The translations under genes and the position numbers were made by a program. The notes under the pieces are model-generated. The model worked only from the letters and a program-made list of their open reading frames with translations, was not told the DNA's origin and did not search any database. This document shows positions 13,327 through 29,766 of a stretch of 64,000 nucleotides of DNA, piece after piece (position 1 is the stretch's first letter; every line of letters begins with the position of its first letter). Source of the DNA: Eledone cirrhosa. Taxonomy: Eukaryota. The stretch covers positions 19,716,001 to 19,780,000 of the forward strand of contig OZ024741.1 of assembly GCA_964016885.1 (NCBI GenBank), given 5' to 3'.

Positions 13327-13900
13327 CCTGTAAAATAAGCCCCCATATTAACTGTAAAACTAGAAATGTAGTGTATAGCATAAGATGTACTGAAGGACAA
13401 TGTAGAGACAAAAATATAGTGTACATAGGTGAGACAGCTCGTAGTATAGGGGAACGGATAAATGAACACTGGCGAGACCTTCAAGATAATAAAGAATCAT
13501 CTGTACTCTACCAACATGCTAAGATAGAACACAAGGGTAAATTAGAGAACATAGAAATAAAAATAGAATCTACACACAGAAAAGACGCAATGTTTAGACA
13601 AATTACAGAGGCAATAAACATAAAAGAATTACAACCAAAATTAAATAGAAAATATGAGTGGAACAGCAACATCACAACTTACAATTAAGGACAAAATGAA
13701 AACACACACACACATAGAACAAACAACCAACCAGTAACATGTAAATAAGTAAATAAATAAACAAATAGATAAATGAACATAAACACACACAGACACCCGG
13801 ATGTGGCGCATGCGCAGACTGAGCACACAACACACACACAGAAACAAAATGGCGTAGGACAGAACAAAGGAGAGGCACAGAAACAAAGAAAGGAATCCCC

Positions 13901-13945
13901 AGTCACTGAAGAGGTCACAGAGTGTGTGACGAAAGGACTATGACT
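13901..13945 (+). ncRNA. Minimal type I hammerhead (family A)
   Basis: AGUCA-CUGAAGA-G-GUCACA(GAGUG)UGUGAC-GAAA-G(GA)C-UA-UGACU. Confidence 0.75.
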
Positions 13946-14157
13946 ATATATAAACAACTATCTGGTTGTGGAACCAACCAACTAACCAGAAATTTATAAA
14001 TTTATAAACTTGTAAATTTATAAATATATAATAAATTGAAGTGAAAGCAACTGGTGCGTGTTTTTCTTATTGGCAACATGACCCTCCCAAAGTATAACAA
14101 TATCGGTTTCAACACACGATTTAAGATAAAGAATCTTGCCAAACAAATTCAGAAACG

Positions 14158-14195
<38 letters not shown>

Positions 14196-14284
14196 CATAT
14201 CCATCTTCAAGTATGTATGTGTGCATCTGTATATATATATACACACACGCGCGCGCATACACACACACACACGCACACACACAC

Positions 14285-14338
<54 letters not shown>

Positions 14339-14531
14339 AGGAAAAGAATTACTTCATTTGTAGATCTAAACAATTTGATTTACTTTTATAAAATCATGAT
14401 TTGGTACATCTATCAAATCATATCATAAAATTAAATCAAATTGTTTAGATCCACAAATGAAGTAATTCTTTTCCTTTTTTTAAATGTACGTAACTGTACC
14501 AAGGATTTCACACATTTTCCAATATATATGT

Positions 14532-14617
<86 letters not shown>

Positions 14618-14629
14618 CAAAGGAATTGT

Positions 14630-14780
14630 GGTAAGGAACCAGATGGACCATAACGCACCAGAGTACTCAATACTTAGGGTAGGAGAGTGGGAAATAGGAA
14701 AAAATATGACCCCGACTATGAGTCCAGAAATAGCCGTCGAAACGGCTTGAGCTCTACCGTCGGGGTCATACTTTTTCCTA
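14630..14780. repeat. Short fold-back family; other copies at 42320-42380, 47530-47730, 50690-50890, 61010-61165
   Basis: Shared gccgtcgaaacggcttgagctct(a/g)ccgtcggggtc, usually as a hairpin between (TA)n. Confidence 0.8.
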
Positions 14781-15039
14781 TATATATATATGGAGAATAG
14801 GGGATGTCTGTGTAGTTGGTAGTTAAGTTAGACTTAAAATGGAATGAAAATAAGAAGAAATCAGGAACGGGGCGGAGGGGAGGGGGCTCATCAGTTGTGT
14901 ACTGAGGGGTCTCGCATATTTCGAGGAAAACTTCCCGCCCCACCGTTCTTGCTTTCTTCATTCTCATTCCATTTTTAAGCCTATATATATATATGTGTTT
15001 TGTTCCCGTTCCATTTTTCACTATATATATATATATATG

Positions 15040-16502
<1,463 letters not shown>

Positions 16503-16519
16503 AAAAGGTAAACAGAAAT

Positions 16520-16593
<74 letters not shown>

Positions 16594-17838
16594 GTATATA
16601 TACATATATACATACATATATATGTGTGTGTGTCTGAGAGAGAGAGAGAGAGACAGACCGAGAGAGAGAGAGGGGGGGGGGGTAATGGCGGCATATGTCT
16701 GTCTGTTTATCTTTCTAAACAAAAACATATTTTAATCCTATGCAATCGATATTTGTTGACAATTAGATCTGAGATTTCGATGAGTGATTAACAACAATCT
16801 GCTCTGTCCACAAATATTTCTCATGTCTCATCCCACCCAACACCCCCTTCCATGTATCATCACACCAACACCCCCACCCTCCATGTATCATCCCGCCAAC
16901 ACCCTCACCCTCGATGTCTCTTCCCACCCAACACCCCCCTCCATCTCTCCCCCCCCTCCATGCCATACAGAGATTGCCACGTCAAACACATCAGATATTC
17001 ATTTATACAATAAATAGCAGAATATCCTATATATCACATAGGAATGAATATACGATGTCTGATATGTTAGTTGGATATTTATATTGATATCCACACACTT
17101 ACACACACATACACATACATATACACACACACATACACACTCTCAAAAATACACATACACACACACATACACATACACACTCACAAACATGCACACACAT
17201 ACACATACACACACATACACATATATACTCGCATGCACATACATACTCACAAACATACACACACATATGTATATACGATGGCAGACTGAATACGCACGTA
17301 TATTTTTTCTCCCCAATTTTTTTCTCGATTTTTTCTTACATACATACATGCATACATAATATACATACATAATATACATATATATATTCTGAGAGAATAT
17401 TAATTTCACATATATTATAACTTTGTCTATATTTACATGTTATATTCCAAATATATTCCTATTTTTACATCTAATATATTCCTCTTTACATTTCTCATTG
17501 GTGCTAGGATGCTGCCATTTTAACTACATAAGCGTCCTCTGAGACAACTCTTGATGTAAGATCACCTAAGTATAACTCATTATGTAGCTGGTATGTAGTG
17601 TTGGCTCCCTTGACGTACCAGCTATGTTGTTGATGTTCCAGTAGAGGTCGAGATGTTGTTTTTGAAATCTGTACTAAAATTACTGATAACTGATTAGATA
17701 GAGACCCTAATAATATTCCCTTAACCAAGTGCGTGTTTGTGTATATGTATATATATGCATATTATATATATATATAGATAGATATAGATATATATGTGTG
17801 TGTGTGTGTGTGCGTAAATAAACATTTGTAGAGTCTTG

Positions 17839-17914
<76 letters not shown>

Positions 17915-18110
17915 AATTACAAAATAAGAGGAAATAATAGACAAAAGTATACCTATCTTTCCTTCAATGTCCCGACTGCAGTTTCACTGATCCGTGTGCA
18001 ACAATATCTGCACTATAAAAATGCATCATGGCTGTGAGGTTTATACGGCTTATCAAGAAACACCTCAGAAAAAAGGACTGTTTGAATGTATGTGTACACA
18101 CACAGACAAA

Positions 18111-18222
<112 letters not shown>

Positions 18223-18230
18223 AACACACA

Positions 18231-18317
<87 letters not shown>

Positions 18318-18439
18318 TTATTAAAATAACAGATTAAAGTTTAAGCAAAAAATCGCTGCTTTCACCCTTAACGGGATCTTGATATATATTTATCCTTATC
18401 GAGCCCTCTTTGGATTTTAGTCTTCAAATTTATTATTAT

Positions 18440-18496
<57 letters not shown>

Positions 18497-18499
18497 GTC

Positions 18500-18775
18500 T
18501 GTCTTAAATCAGAAGGCTCATTTGGCCGTTGCTTATCCCGGTTTCATGGCGTGAAGCGACTGAGAGTACAAGACTCCCCCCCTGGACAGGACGCCAGTCC
18601 ATCGCAGGATTAAACCTCCAGCTATTGCTGGTACTCATTTTCAGCTGAGTATACTGGAGCAACGTGAAATGAAGTGTTTTGCTCAAGAACACAACACAGA
18701 ACCCAGGAATCAAACCCGCGACATAATGATTGTAAGTCCAACACAGTTACCACTAGGCTCGTGCATCCACACACT
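18500..18775 (-). mobile_element. tRNA-derived SINE; second copy 51755-51890 plus 52400-52545, interrupted by the CRE fragment
   Basis: A/B-box-like tagtggtaa..gggtttgattcc and central ttgagcaaaacacttcatttcacgttgctccag. Confidence 0.7.
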
Positions 18776-19950
18776 CACATATACATAGTTGTGTGCGTTT
18801 TTAAGTGTGTGTATGTGTGTGCGTGTGTGTATGTGTGTGTGTACGTATGCGTGTATAGATAGATAGATATAAATATATAGGACAGATATAGATATATACA
18901 TATATGTGTGTGTACGTGCGCATGTGTGCATGTACGTGTGTGTGTGTATATATGTAGGTGTAGGTATGTATGTGTATTATAACGAGTTACATATCCCTGC
19001 TTTGTTAGTGAAAACAGAAGCTGAAGGAATGATGCAATATGTCAACATAAATAGCTACCGAAATATCTGGAGTTTTACTGTTGGGAACCTCTTAAACTAT
19101 GATACAATCACAACAGCCCAGTGACATATTGGAAAATAAATATACACAGATATGTATCTCTTGGTCCTGCTTCCCTCCCCCCTCTCTCTCTCTCTCCCTC
19201 TCTCTCTCTTTCTCTCTTCCTCTCTCCCTCTCTCTCTCTCTCTTTTCTCTTTACCTCTCTCTCTCTTTCTCTCTCTTTCTCTCTCTTTTATCCCCCCCCC
19301 TATCTCTCTCTCTCTCTCTCTCTCTCTCGGCCTCCTTCTAACTCATTCTCTCTTGGTCTCTCCTCTTTCTCTCTCCATATTTCTCTCTTTTCCTCTATTC
19401 CATATATTTGTTTTAATACGATTTTCTTTTCGCTGAATTCCAACTGATCAATCCTTATATTTACCTAAACATACACACAGAAAACCCCATTTTCCACACA
19501 CACCACACACACACAACTCCGCACACACACAACCACATACAGACACATACACACACGCATACATACACACACACATCCGCATATATATAGGCATAGTTGG
19601 GTGGTTATGAAATTTGCTTTGCAATCTGGTGATATCAGGTTTGATCCCGTTGTGTGATATTTTGGTTAAATATCTTTTACCATAGCTGAGATTTCATGCC
19701 AAGACAAGTCTTTTCAGTGGAATTGTGCTGTCACCATTGAACAGATTGCACCTGTAATTAAACTTCAAAGACCCGACTTTGCCAAGCTTTGTCAAGTGCT
19801 GTTTCTTAATACTTAGCCCCTTACACGTTAATTGATAATGCAGACATTAATTTGATAAAAGAAAGTGAACGCTAATCTTCGAAATCGATAGAATATTCAA
19901 GAGATAGAAAGAGGAAGGAGGGATGGGACAATAGGTAAATGTATATGTGC

Positions 19951-20049
<99 letters not shown>

Positions 20050-20229
20050 TGCGTGCGCGCGTGTGTGTGTGTGCGTGTGTGTGAGAGATAGAGAGGTGGG
20101 AACGTATGTGTGCATGAGAGTGTGTATAACAATGAAGTAGAAGTCAGTAGATTAGAATTTATATTTGTTACACAACCGCTGTTATACGTATTTCGATGAT
20201 AACTTTTATTTTATATACATACATATATA

Positions 20230-21120
<891 letters not shown>

Positions 21121-21369
21121 CCTCTCAAGGAAGCCTTCGCGGGATGTATATATATATATATATATATAGTAATAATAAATATGAAGACTAAAATCGGAGG
21201 AGGGCTCCATAAGGATTATATATATATAAACCCGTAGAGCAATTATTTATTATAAGTACAGATTATAGTTTAAGCAAAGAATCGCTGCTTTCGCCCTTAA
21301 CGGGATCAGATCCCAGTTCCCAGTAAGGATGAAAGAATTAATTCTTTGCTAAACTTTAATCTGTATTTA

Positions 21370-21425
<56 letters not shown>

Positions 21426-21755
21426 GTGTGTGTGTGTATATATTAAAATATTTTTAAGTGAACGTAACTCAACGGGTCACGGGTGGTCTAGTTAGATCTA
21501 CCTGTGACACTTTTACAGAATTTAGATTTAACGACCCTTTAAGCTCAGCTAGTGCTAGTAATATCTATCTATTACCAGCTACATCACAAAATTAAGGGAC
21601 AACATCGGTGACGTAGACAACATCGCCGATGTGGCATGCAGGAGCAACTACTGGTCTTCTACAAACAACCTTGCTCGGACTTCGGACTTCGGACATAGCC
21701 ATTCGTGGCCCAAGGGGGTCTTTACACTTTACCCTGTAATTATATATATATATCA

Positions 21756-22653
21756 TCTATATACTACTAAAACTCTGACCTTGATTGCTTGCTTGCTTGC
21801 TTGCACACACTTTCTCTCTATATATATGTTCATATTTGTGTATATACAGGTTGTCCCCTCAAAAATGTATACACACTTTGATTGCCTATACATGCATTAT
21901 TTGTTAGGATGGTGTATACATTTTTAGGGACCCCGGTATTATTATATATATATATATAGTGTCCCCGAAAAATGTATACACACTTTGATTACCTGTACAG
22001 GCAATATATATATTAGAATGGTGTATACATTTTTAGGGACCCTGGTATATATATATATGGTGTCCCCGAAAAATGTATACACACTTTGATTACCTGTACA
22101 GGCAATATATATATTAGAATGGTGTATACATTTTTAGGGACCCTGGTATATATATATATATATATGGTGTCCCCGAAAAATGTATACACACTTTGATTAC
22201 CTGTACAGGCAATATATATATTAGAATGGTGTATACATTTTTAGGGACCCCGGTATATATATATGGTGTCCCCGAAAAATGTATACACACTTTGATTACC
22301 TGTACAGGCAATATATATATTAGAATGGTGTATACATTTTTAGGGACCCTGGTATATATATATATATGGTGTCCCCGAAAAATGTATACACACTTTGATT
22401 ACCTGTACAGGCAATATATATATTAGAATGGTGTATACATTTTTAGGGACCCCGGTATATATATATGGTGTCCCCGAAAAATGTATACACACTTTGATTA
22501 CCTGTACAGGCAATATATATATATTAGAATGGTGTATACATTTTTAGGGACCCCGGTATATATATATGGTGTCTCCGAAAAATGTATATACACTTTGATT
22601 ACCTGTACAGGCAATATATATATTAGAATGGTGTATACATTTTTAGGGACCCC

Positions 22654-22700
<47 letters not shown>

Positions 22701-22782
22701 TCCCGGAAAAATGTATACACACTTTGATTACCTGTACAGGCAATATATATATTTGAATGGTGTATACATTTTTAGGGACCCC

Positions 22783-22827
<45 letters not shown>

Positions 22828-23617
22828 TCCCGGAAAAATGTATACACACTTTGATTACCTGTACAGGCAATATATATATTAGAATGGTGTATACATTTTT
22901 AGGGACACCGGTATATATATATATATATGGTGTCCCGGAAAAATGTAAACACACTTTGATTACCTGTAAAACCAATATATATATTAGAATGGTGTATACA
23001 TTTTTCAGGACCCAGGTATATATATATGGTGTCCCGGAAAAATGTATACACACTTTGATTACCTGTACAGGCAATATATATATTAGAATGGTGTATACAT
23101 TTTTAGGGACACCGGTATATATATATATGGTGTCCCGGAAAAATGTATACACACTTTGATTACCTGTACAGGCAATATATATATTAGAATGGTGTATACA
23201 TGTTTAGGGACACCGGTATATATATATATATATATGGTGTCCCGGAAAAATGTATACACACTTTGATTACCTGTACAACCAATATATATATTAGAATGGT
23301 GTATACATTTTTCAGGACCCAGGTATATATATATATGGTGTCCCGGAAAAATGTATACACACTTTGATTACCTGTACAGGCAATATATATATTAGAATGA
23401 TGTATACATTTTTAGGGACACCGGTATATATATATATGGTGTCCCCGAAAAATGTATACACACTTTGATTACCTGTACAGGCAATATATATATTAGAATG
23501 GTGTATACATTTTTAGGGACACCGGTATATATATATATGGTGTCCCCGAAAAATGTATACATACTTTGATTACCTGTACTAGACTACTCGTGACCCAACG
23601 GGTCACGAGTAGTCTAG
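21756..23617 (+). mobile_element. Probable non-autonomous Helitron enclosing the satellite array
   Basis: A|TCTATATACTACTAAAA followed by (GCTT)n at the 5' end; hairpin CGTGACCC-AAC-GGGTCACG then CTAG|T at the 3' end. Confidence 0.5.
21846..23578. repeat. Tandem array of ~17 copies of an ~85 bp palindromic mariner-type MITE separated by variable (TA)n
   Basis: Unit GTCCCCGAAAAATGTATACAC...GTGTATACATTTTTAGGGAC; solo relatives at 30537-30636 and 45622-45725. Confidence 0.9.
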
Positions 23618-23620
23618 TTA

Positions 23621-26600
23621 TCTATAAAAGGTAGATTGTTGTTGTGTGTGTGTGTGTGTACATGTTTCGTGTTTATACATTTGCACAATTTCAAACCGAT
23701 TCGACTCAAAGTATGTAAGAATGTTGTAAATGGTCTAACTTAGGTCAACGACTCTTTATTTATTTCAACCTCACCCACTATTACGGAAATAATCGATAAA
23801 ACTAAATACAAGACGCTTTACCCCCCCACAATTACATTTTGTGTATAACATATTTAAACGTTTATTGAGTGAAAAAAAAAACACATAGGGATTTTTGGCC
23901 AAACAACTTCACATTACTGACAGAAGCGCGCTTTAAACAAACTGAGTTATTTATTTGCCTCTGTAAGAATGTTATAAATGGTCTAACTTAGGTCAACGAC
24001 TATTTATTTATTTCAAAATCACCCACAATTACGGAAATAATTTCCTCTCTCTACTCCACATAAAAATCGAAAAAAAAAAAAAATACATGCTCACACACAA
24101 TTACATTTTGTGTATAACATATTTACACGTTTATTGAGTGAAAAAAAAACAAATAGGGATTTTTGGCCAAACAACTTCACATTGCTGACAGAAGCGCGGC
24201 TTTCAACAAACTGTGAGTTATTTATTTGCCGTTCGTTCTCCCATTTTCCCCTGCGGAACGTAGGCAGTTTTCAGCCTTATACTTTCAAAGGCAATTTTGC
24301 TGTAGAAGTAACTTTCACCCTTTCTTTTTCACATAAAATGCCACCTAAAAAAAGAAGTCGCTTCGGTCGCCATACCGCGTCAGCGGCGGCGCAGAGGGCG
24401 ATTACAGCAAACGAGCCCCCCGAGGAAACTGCTTTAAGACTTTCACAGAGCGCCTTACGTTCAGCGGAATGCAGAGCTGCTGAAAGTTTTCAACAACGCA
24501 CCACAGGCCTAGCCAAGATGGCGTCATACGACGCCTCGAGACGTGCTGCGATGTGCGATTCGGAGCGGGCGATACGTCATTAAAAAAAAAACGCTTCTAC
24601 TGCTGCTTCTAGGGCTTCAGAGGAACGCTGCGGCTATGACTGCTTCCATGGCTTCTGAAGATGCAGACGGGCGCTCCATTAGGATTGCAAGGGTGGCTTC
24701 TGCTACTGCTGCGAGAGCTTCCCACGACCCACAGGAGCAACATTCTACGTTGGAGTGGAACAGTCGACAACAAGAAGCTGCCCGCGGTGTGACGAGCCCC
24801 GACAGCCCATACTGGCACCTACGGGCTTTCAAGTATGAGCCCAACGTTAACTACTCGATGCGTGCCGACATAAATCTAGGGGAAATGCGCTTCAATTGCA
24901 AATTCTGCAATGCTAAAAAGTGAGCTGGAGAGCCACCTGCAATGTGCTGCTTAAACGGTAAGGTCAGCTTTCCCCCGCTTGGGGAACCACCAGAGACTTT
25001 GAAGGAACTACTTACTGGTTCTACCTCAAGGTCATCCAAATTCCTTCAACTCATCAGGAAGTACAATTGTGCGTTTCAAATGACTTCTTTCGGGGCTAAC
25101 GTTGTCAGAGAAAGTGGTTGGATGCCTACTTTCAAGGTCCAGGGTCAGGTGTACCATCTTATTGGGTCGCTCCAGCCACTACAAAATCGCAAGCTTCGTT
25201 CCTTCAAATTTACTTCATTTCTAACTACAGTAGGCAAGTTGATGCGCGGTTCGGCGTTATTCCAACACCTGCAAACACTGACGCTGACACTTTTGAAAGG
25301 GACGTGCTGCTCAGTCTTCAATACATGCTTCATGAGCACAACAGTTATATTCGCAGTTTCAAATACGCATTGGAAACAAATCCTTCACCAAACTTCACCA
25401 TTGTCATCGATGCTGACAAAAGACCTTCTGGGGAGCACGCACGCCGTTATAACGCTCCTTCGTGCAATGAAGTGGCCGTAGTTATCCATGGTGAACAGCA
25501 CAATAAGCGAGACATAGTTCTTCAAAGCCGTGACAGTGGTCTTCGATGTATTAATGAGACGCATCGTTCATACGACGCCCTGCAGTATCCCCTTCCTTTT
25601 GAATACGGAGAAGACGGCTACCATTTCGGCATTCCTCAGCGCAAACCAAACGAGCCCACTGCTGCGACATCTAAAACTGTTTCATGCATGGCTTTATACT
25701 CATACCGCTTGATGACGAGGCCTAACGATTTCAGCCCCCTGCACAGGTCACGGGAACTGTTTCACCAGTTTGCAGTTGACATGGCTGCAAAGATGGAGTC
25801 GGAGAGACTGTGCTTCATAAAATTGAATCAGAAGCAGCTGCGCTCAGACTCCTACATCCATTTGCGTGACGGCATCAGGAATGACACTGACCCCCGAAAC
25901 ATTGGCAAAATGTGCATTCCCCCCTCAACCTATACGGGGGGTGGCGCGGTACATGCACGAGCGAACACAGGACGCTATGACGTTCGTTCGGCATTATGGG
26001 CGCCCCGATTTATTCATCACGTTTGCGTGTAACCCCAAGTGGGTTGAGGTTACGCGGGAACTTATCCCAGGGCAGAGGTACTGCCATCGGCATGATATTA
26101 TTGCCAGGGTTTTCAGGCAGAAGCTGGCTAAGCTAATTGATCTAATAAAAAAAAAGGGAAGGTTTTCGGGCCTGTTAGGTGCCACATGTATACTGTTGAG
26201 TGGCAGAAGAGAGGGTTGCCACACGCGCAGATTTTGGTTTGGTTGGTCACCAAAATAGACCCTACAGTTATAGATGAGGTCATCGCAGCGGAAATACCGG
26301 ACCACGTTGTTGACCGGCAGAGAGACGACATTATGAAGGCACACATGGTGCACGGTCCGTGCGGTGCCGGTTCTCAAGAGTTCTCTTCATGCCACAAGGA
26401 CCATGTGTGCACTAAACGATACCCAAAGAGGTTTGTTGAGGAGACCCAGACCGGCGGTGACGGATACCCACTGTACAGACGAAGGCGGCCTGAGAACGGT
26501 GGATTCACTATGACGTTACGGGGTCATCAAGTTGATAATAGGTGGGGGTCCATTTCTGATGAAAACGTTCGACGCTCATATAAATGTGGAGTTCTGTCAT

Positions 26601-29600
26601 TCAGTGAAGTCGATAAAGTACATATGTAAATATGTTAACAAGGGTTCCGACGCTGCCATGTTCGGCCTTCAAAACGACAATAGCAGGGACGAGGTCTCGG
26701 AGTACTTGGGAGGTCGATATATCAGCAGTGGTGAAGCTTTTTGGCGGATATTCGGGTTTCCACTTCACCAAAGGCACCCCGCCATCATACAACTAGCGGT
26801 TCATATGGAAAACGGTCAGTGGGCTTACTTTACTGAACTGACTGCTGCTCATTTGGCGGCCAATCCAAAAGAAACAACTTTGACTGTTTTTTTTACGCTT
26901 TGCCAACTTGACACATTTGCAAAAACACTTTCATATCCTCAGGTCCCGTCCTACTACGTGTGGTCAAACAACACTTGGGTGCGTAGGAAGTCAGGTCAGG
27001 ATGTTGAAGGACATCCTGGTGTCAATTGTGACAGTTGTCTAGGAAGAGTGTACACTGTACCTCCCAACCAGCATGAGTGTTTTCACCTGCGTCTTCTCCT
27101 CCATGAGGTTTTTGGCCCACAAAGCTTTCGAGACATAAGAACTGTTGACGGTGAATTATGTGATACTTTCCGGGAAGCCTGCTTTAGGTGTGGCCTTTTG
27201 GAGGACGATTCACAATGGGGCGCCACTATGGCAGAGGGCGTTTTGTTGAAATCTCCTGAAAGACTAAGATCGCTTTTCGCTATTCTACTCCTATGGTGCG
27301 ACTTGGGAGACCCGGCCTCTTTATGGCTTAGCTACAAAGATTACATGTCTGAAGATTTCCTGCGTCACGCTCAGTTGCTAAACCCATCGATGGAGGTCGG
27401 GTACAGTGACCTCATTTACAACAGGGTGCTGCTTGAAATCGAAGATACTGTTCTCGATATGGGCGGTAGTGCGTTGGCGGTGTTTGGCCTACCTTCAACA
27501 AACCGGGAAGGCGCAAACACTCTGTCTTCGGATTTGCTGCGTGAGAATCTTATAATGTTGACGAGCTTGCCCAGTACATAGCGGAGAATGAGCCAAAGTT
27601 CCTTCCAGAACAGAAATTCGCTTACAACTCCGTTGTTAATTCTGTCCGGGACAAAGCTGGGGGGATTGTTTTCCTAGACGCTCCTGAGGGACTGGGAAAA
27701 CTTTTGTCACCAAATTAATATTAGCTGAGATTAGGCGAACAGAAGGCATTGCCTTAGCTGTGGCATCATCTGGAATTGCGGCTACTTTGTTGCCGGGCGG
27801 CAGGACAGCTCACTCCTATTTCAAGCTCCCGCTTGACTTAGCGAAGACTGAGACACCCACTTACAACAGCAGTAAGAGCTCCGATCAGGCAGAAGTGTTC
27901 AGACGATGCAAGCTTATCGTTTGGGACGAATCCACGATGGCCCACAGAGGTGCTCTTGAGGCGCTAGATAGAACTCTGAGAGACATCAAAGACTCTACGG
28001 CTCCAATGGGAGGCATAACACTTCTTCTTTCAGAGGACTTCAGGCAAACGCTTCCCGTTATTCCAAAGGGGACTAGAGCTGATGCAGTACGTGCGTGTCT
28101 TAAGTCATCCGCATTGTGGCCCCTGGTGAAGACTCTGAAACTTCACACTAACATGCGTGCTCATATGCGATGTGATATCGCATCAGCAGCATTTTCTCAC
28201 ACCCTCCTTGCACTTGGCGAAGGCAAAACGCCCGGGGATGAAAAGGGTAATATTGTCATTGACTCACTTTGTACCGTTGTTAGTACGCCTTCTGATCTCA
28301 GGGATGCAGTGTTCCCAGATCTCCAAGCAAATTATCAGAATATGGATTGGCTTGCCCAAAGGGCTATTCTGGCCCCGAGGAATAAAACTGTTAACCATAT
28401 TAAAGATCAAATGCTAAAACTCATTCCTGGGGATGGCTACGTATATAAGTCTATCGATAGAACTCCTGACCCCGAGGACGTCATCAACTATCCAATAGAG
28501 GTACTAAATTCCTTTGAGCCCCCCCCCCCCCCCCGGATTACCCCCACACATTTTGAAACTTAAAGTTGGTGCCCCTATAATGCTCATTCGAAATTTGGTT
28601 CCGCCGAAACAATGCAATGGCACGCGTTTGATTGTTAAGTCCTTAGCTCCCAATCTGATTGAGGCCACGATAATCACAGGGGGGTGCGGTCGGGGCAAGG
28701 TTGTGCTCATACCGAGGATGCATCTTTTCCCATCAGGAGCAGACCTACCTTTCACATTTCGGAGGTCCCAGTTCCCGGTCAAGCCATGCTTTGCAATGTC
28801 AATTAACAAAGCGCAGGGACAAACACTGTCTGTCGCGGGAATACATTGGGGTGGGGTGGGGGCGTCTTTCTCTCATGGTCAGCTTTACGTTGGGTGCTCG
28901 CCGGTCAGCAGCAAGAGTTATTATTTCGCGTTCGTTCCGCAAGGAAAAACAAAAACACATTGTGTACAAGGAGGTTTTATAGGATTACCTCGATTCCTAA
29001 TTTTATAACTTTTAGTACTTTCTAAGTAGGTTAACCTTCACTGCAGTGCACTGGACACTCCCCACCATCTGCCGTACAAAGGCTGATTCTCGCGGCGTTA
29101 CAAAGCTTCATTGCAACTCCGACCCTACTCAAATATCAGCTGTTGCTCCTCACCAACCCCCGTTTGGTGGGACTCGGAGGACCGTGGACAGGTTAGTATT
29201 TCACCTCCGTACGACTCTCAAAGGGTCAACAATGCTTTAATGACGGGATTTACATTTTTAGGCGGTTCCCTGCAATTACTTCACACTTCACCAACACCTG
29301 GCCTCCGCTCAGCTCTATTTCCCTCCCTCCGTCGGCACAGCAGCAGGCTCATCTTCTACGTCCGGCGTACATGATGCACCAACCATACAATGACCCCTCT
29401 TCCTCTTTTTTGGTTGTCATAATTCGACAATATTTTCAGGCCCCTGTTTGCGATTCCCTCAATCCACCCCCTCTCCCGTTAAAACATGTCATGCAGAACA
29501 ACTCCATCGCAGCTCTGTTGTTCGGCTGGCATCGTCTACTGTGAAACAATAAATTTGAACACTTCTTTGCACAGCGATAATATCAATAGGCGAAACTACA

Positions 29601-29755
29601 ATTGTCACTGCTGGCGCAGCTCCTGCTTCGGCAGTGCAGGTTTGCAATTCATTCAACCAGTGCCTGGCAGACAAAAAAGTGCTGCCATAAAATGGATGGT
29701 GCAACCTAACTTTGGTAACTTACTGACCCCGAGCAACGCCGGGGTTTAATGCTAG
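23621..29755 (+). mobile_element. Near full-length Helitron
   Basis: A|TC 5' end at 23621; 3' hairpin CCCCGAGC-AAC-GCCGGGG followed by CTAG|T at 29752-29755; RepHel coding region inside. Confidence 0.9.
24338..28990 (+). pseudogene. Helitron RepHel (zinc finger, HUH Rep, PIF1 helicase), multiply frameshifted
   Basis: [75 protein letters not shown]. Confidence 0.95.
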
Positions 29756-29766
29756 TATATATATAT

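Larger units (their letters stand above)
11730..14160 (-). mobile_element. Penelope-like element with ~830 bp inverted duplication, inserted in (TA)n
   Basis: Arms 11730-12563 and 13325-14160 are near-identical reverse complements; both carry GIY-YIG coding sequence, tail and hammerhead. Confidence 0.9.

Noticed and set aside
13327-13426. Apparent hydrophobic N-terminus of the 408-aa ORF
   Set aside because: Antisense read-through of the inverted GIY-YIG arm
21846-23578. CRISPR-like appearance (palindromic repeats with variable spacers)
   Set aside because: Spacers are only (TA)n, repeats are ~85 bp, there are no cas genes, and the context is eukaryotic
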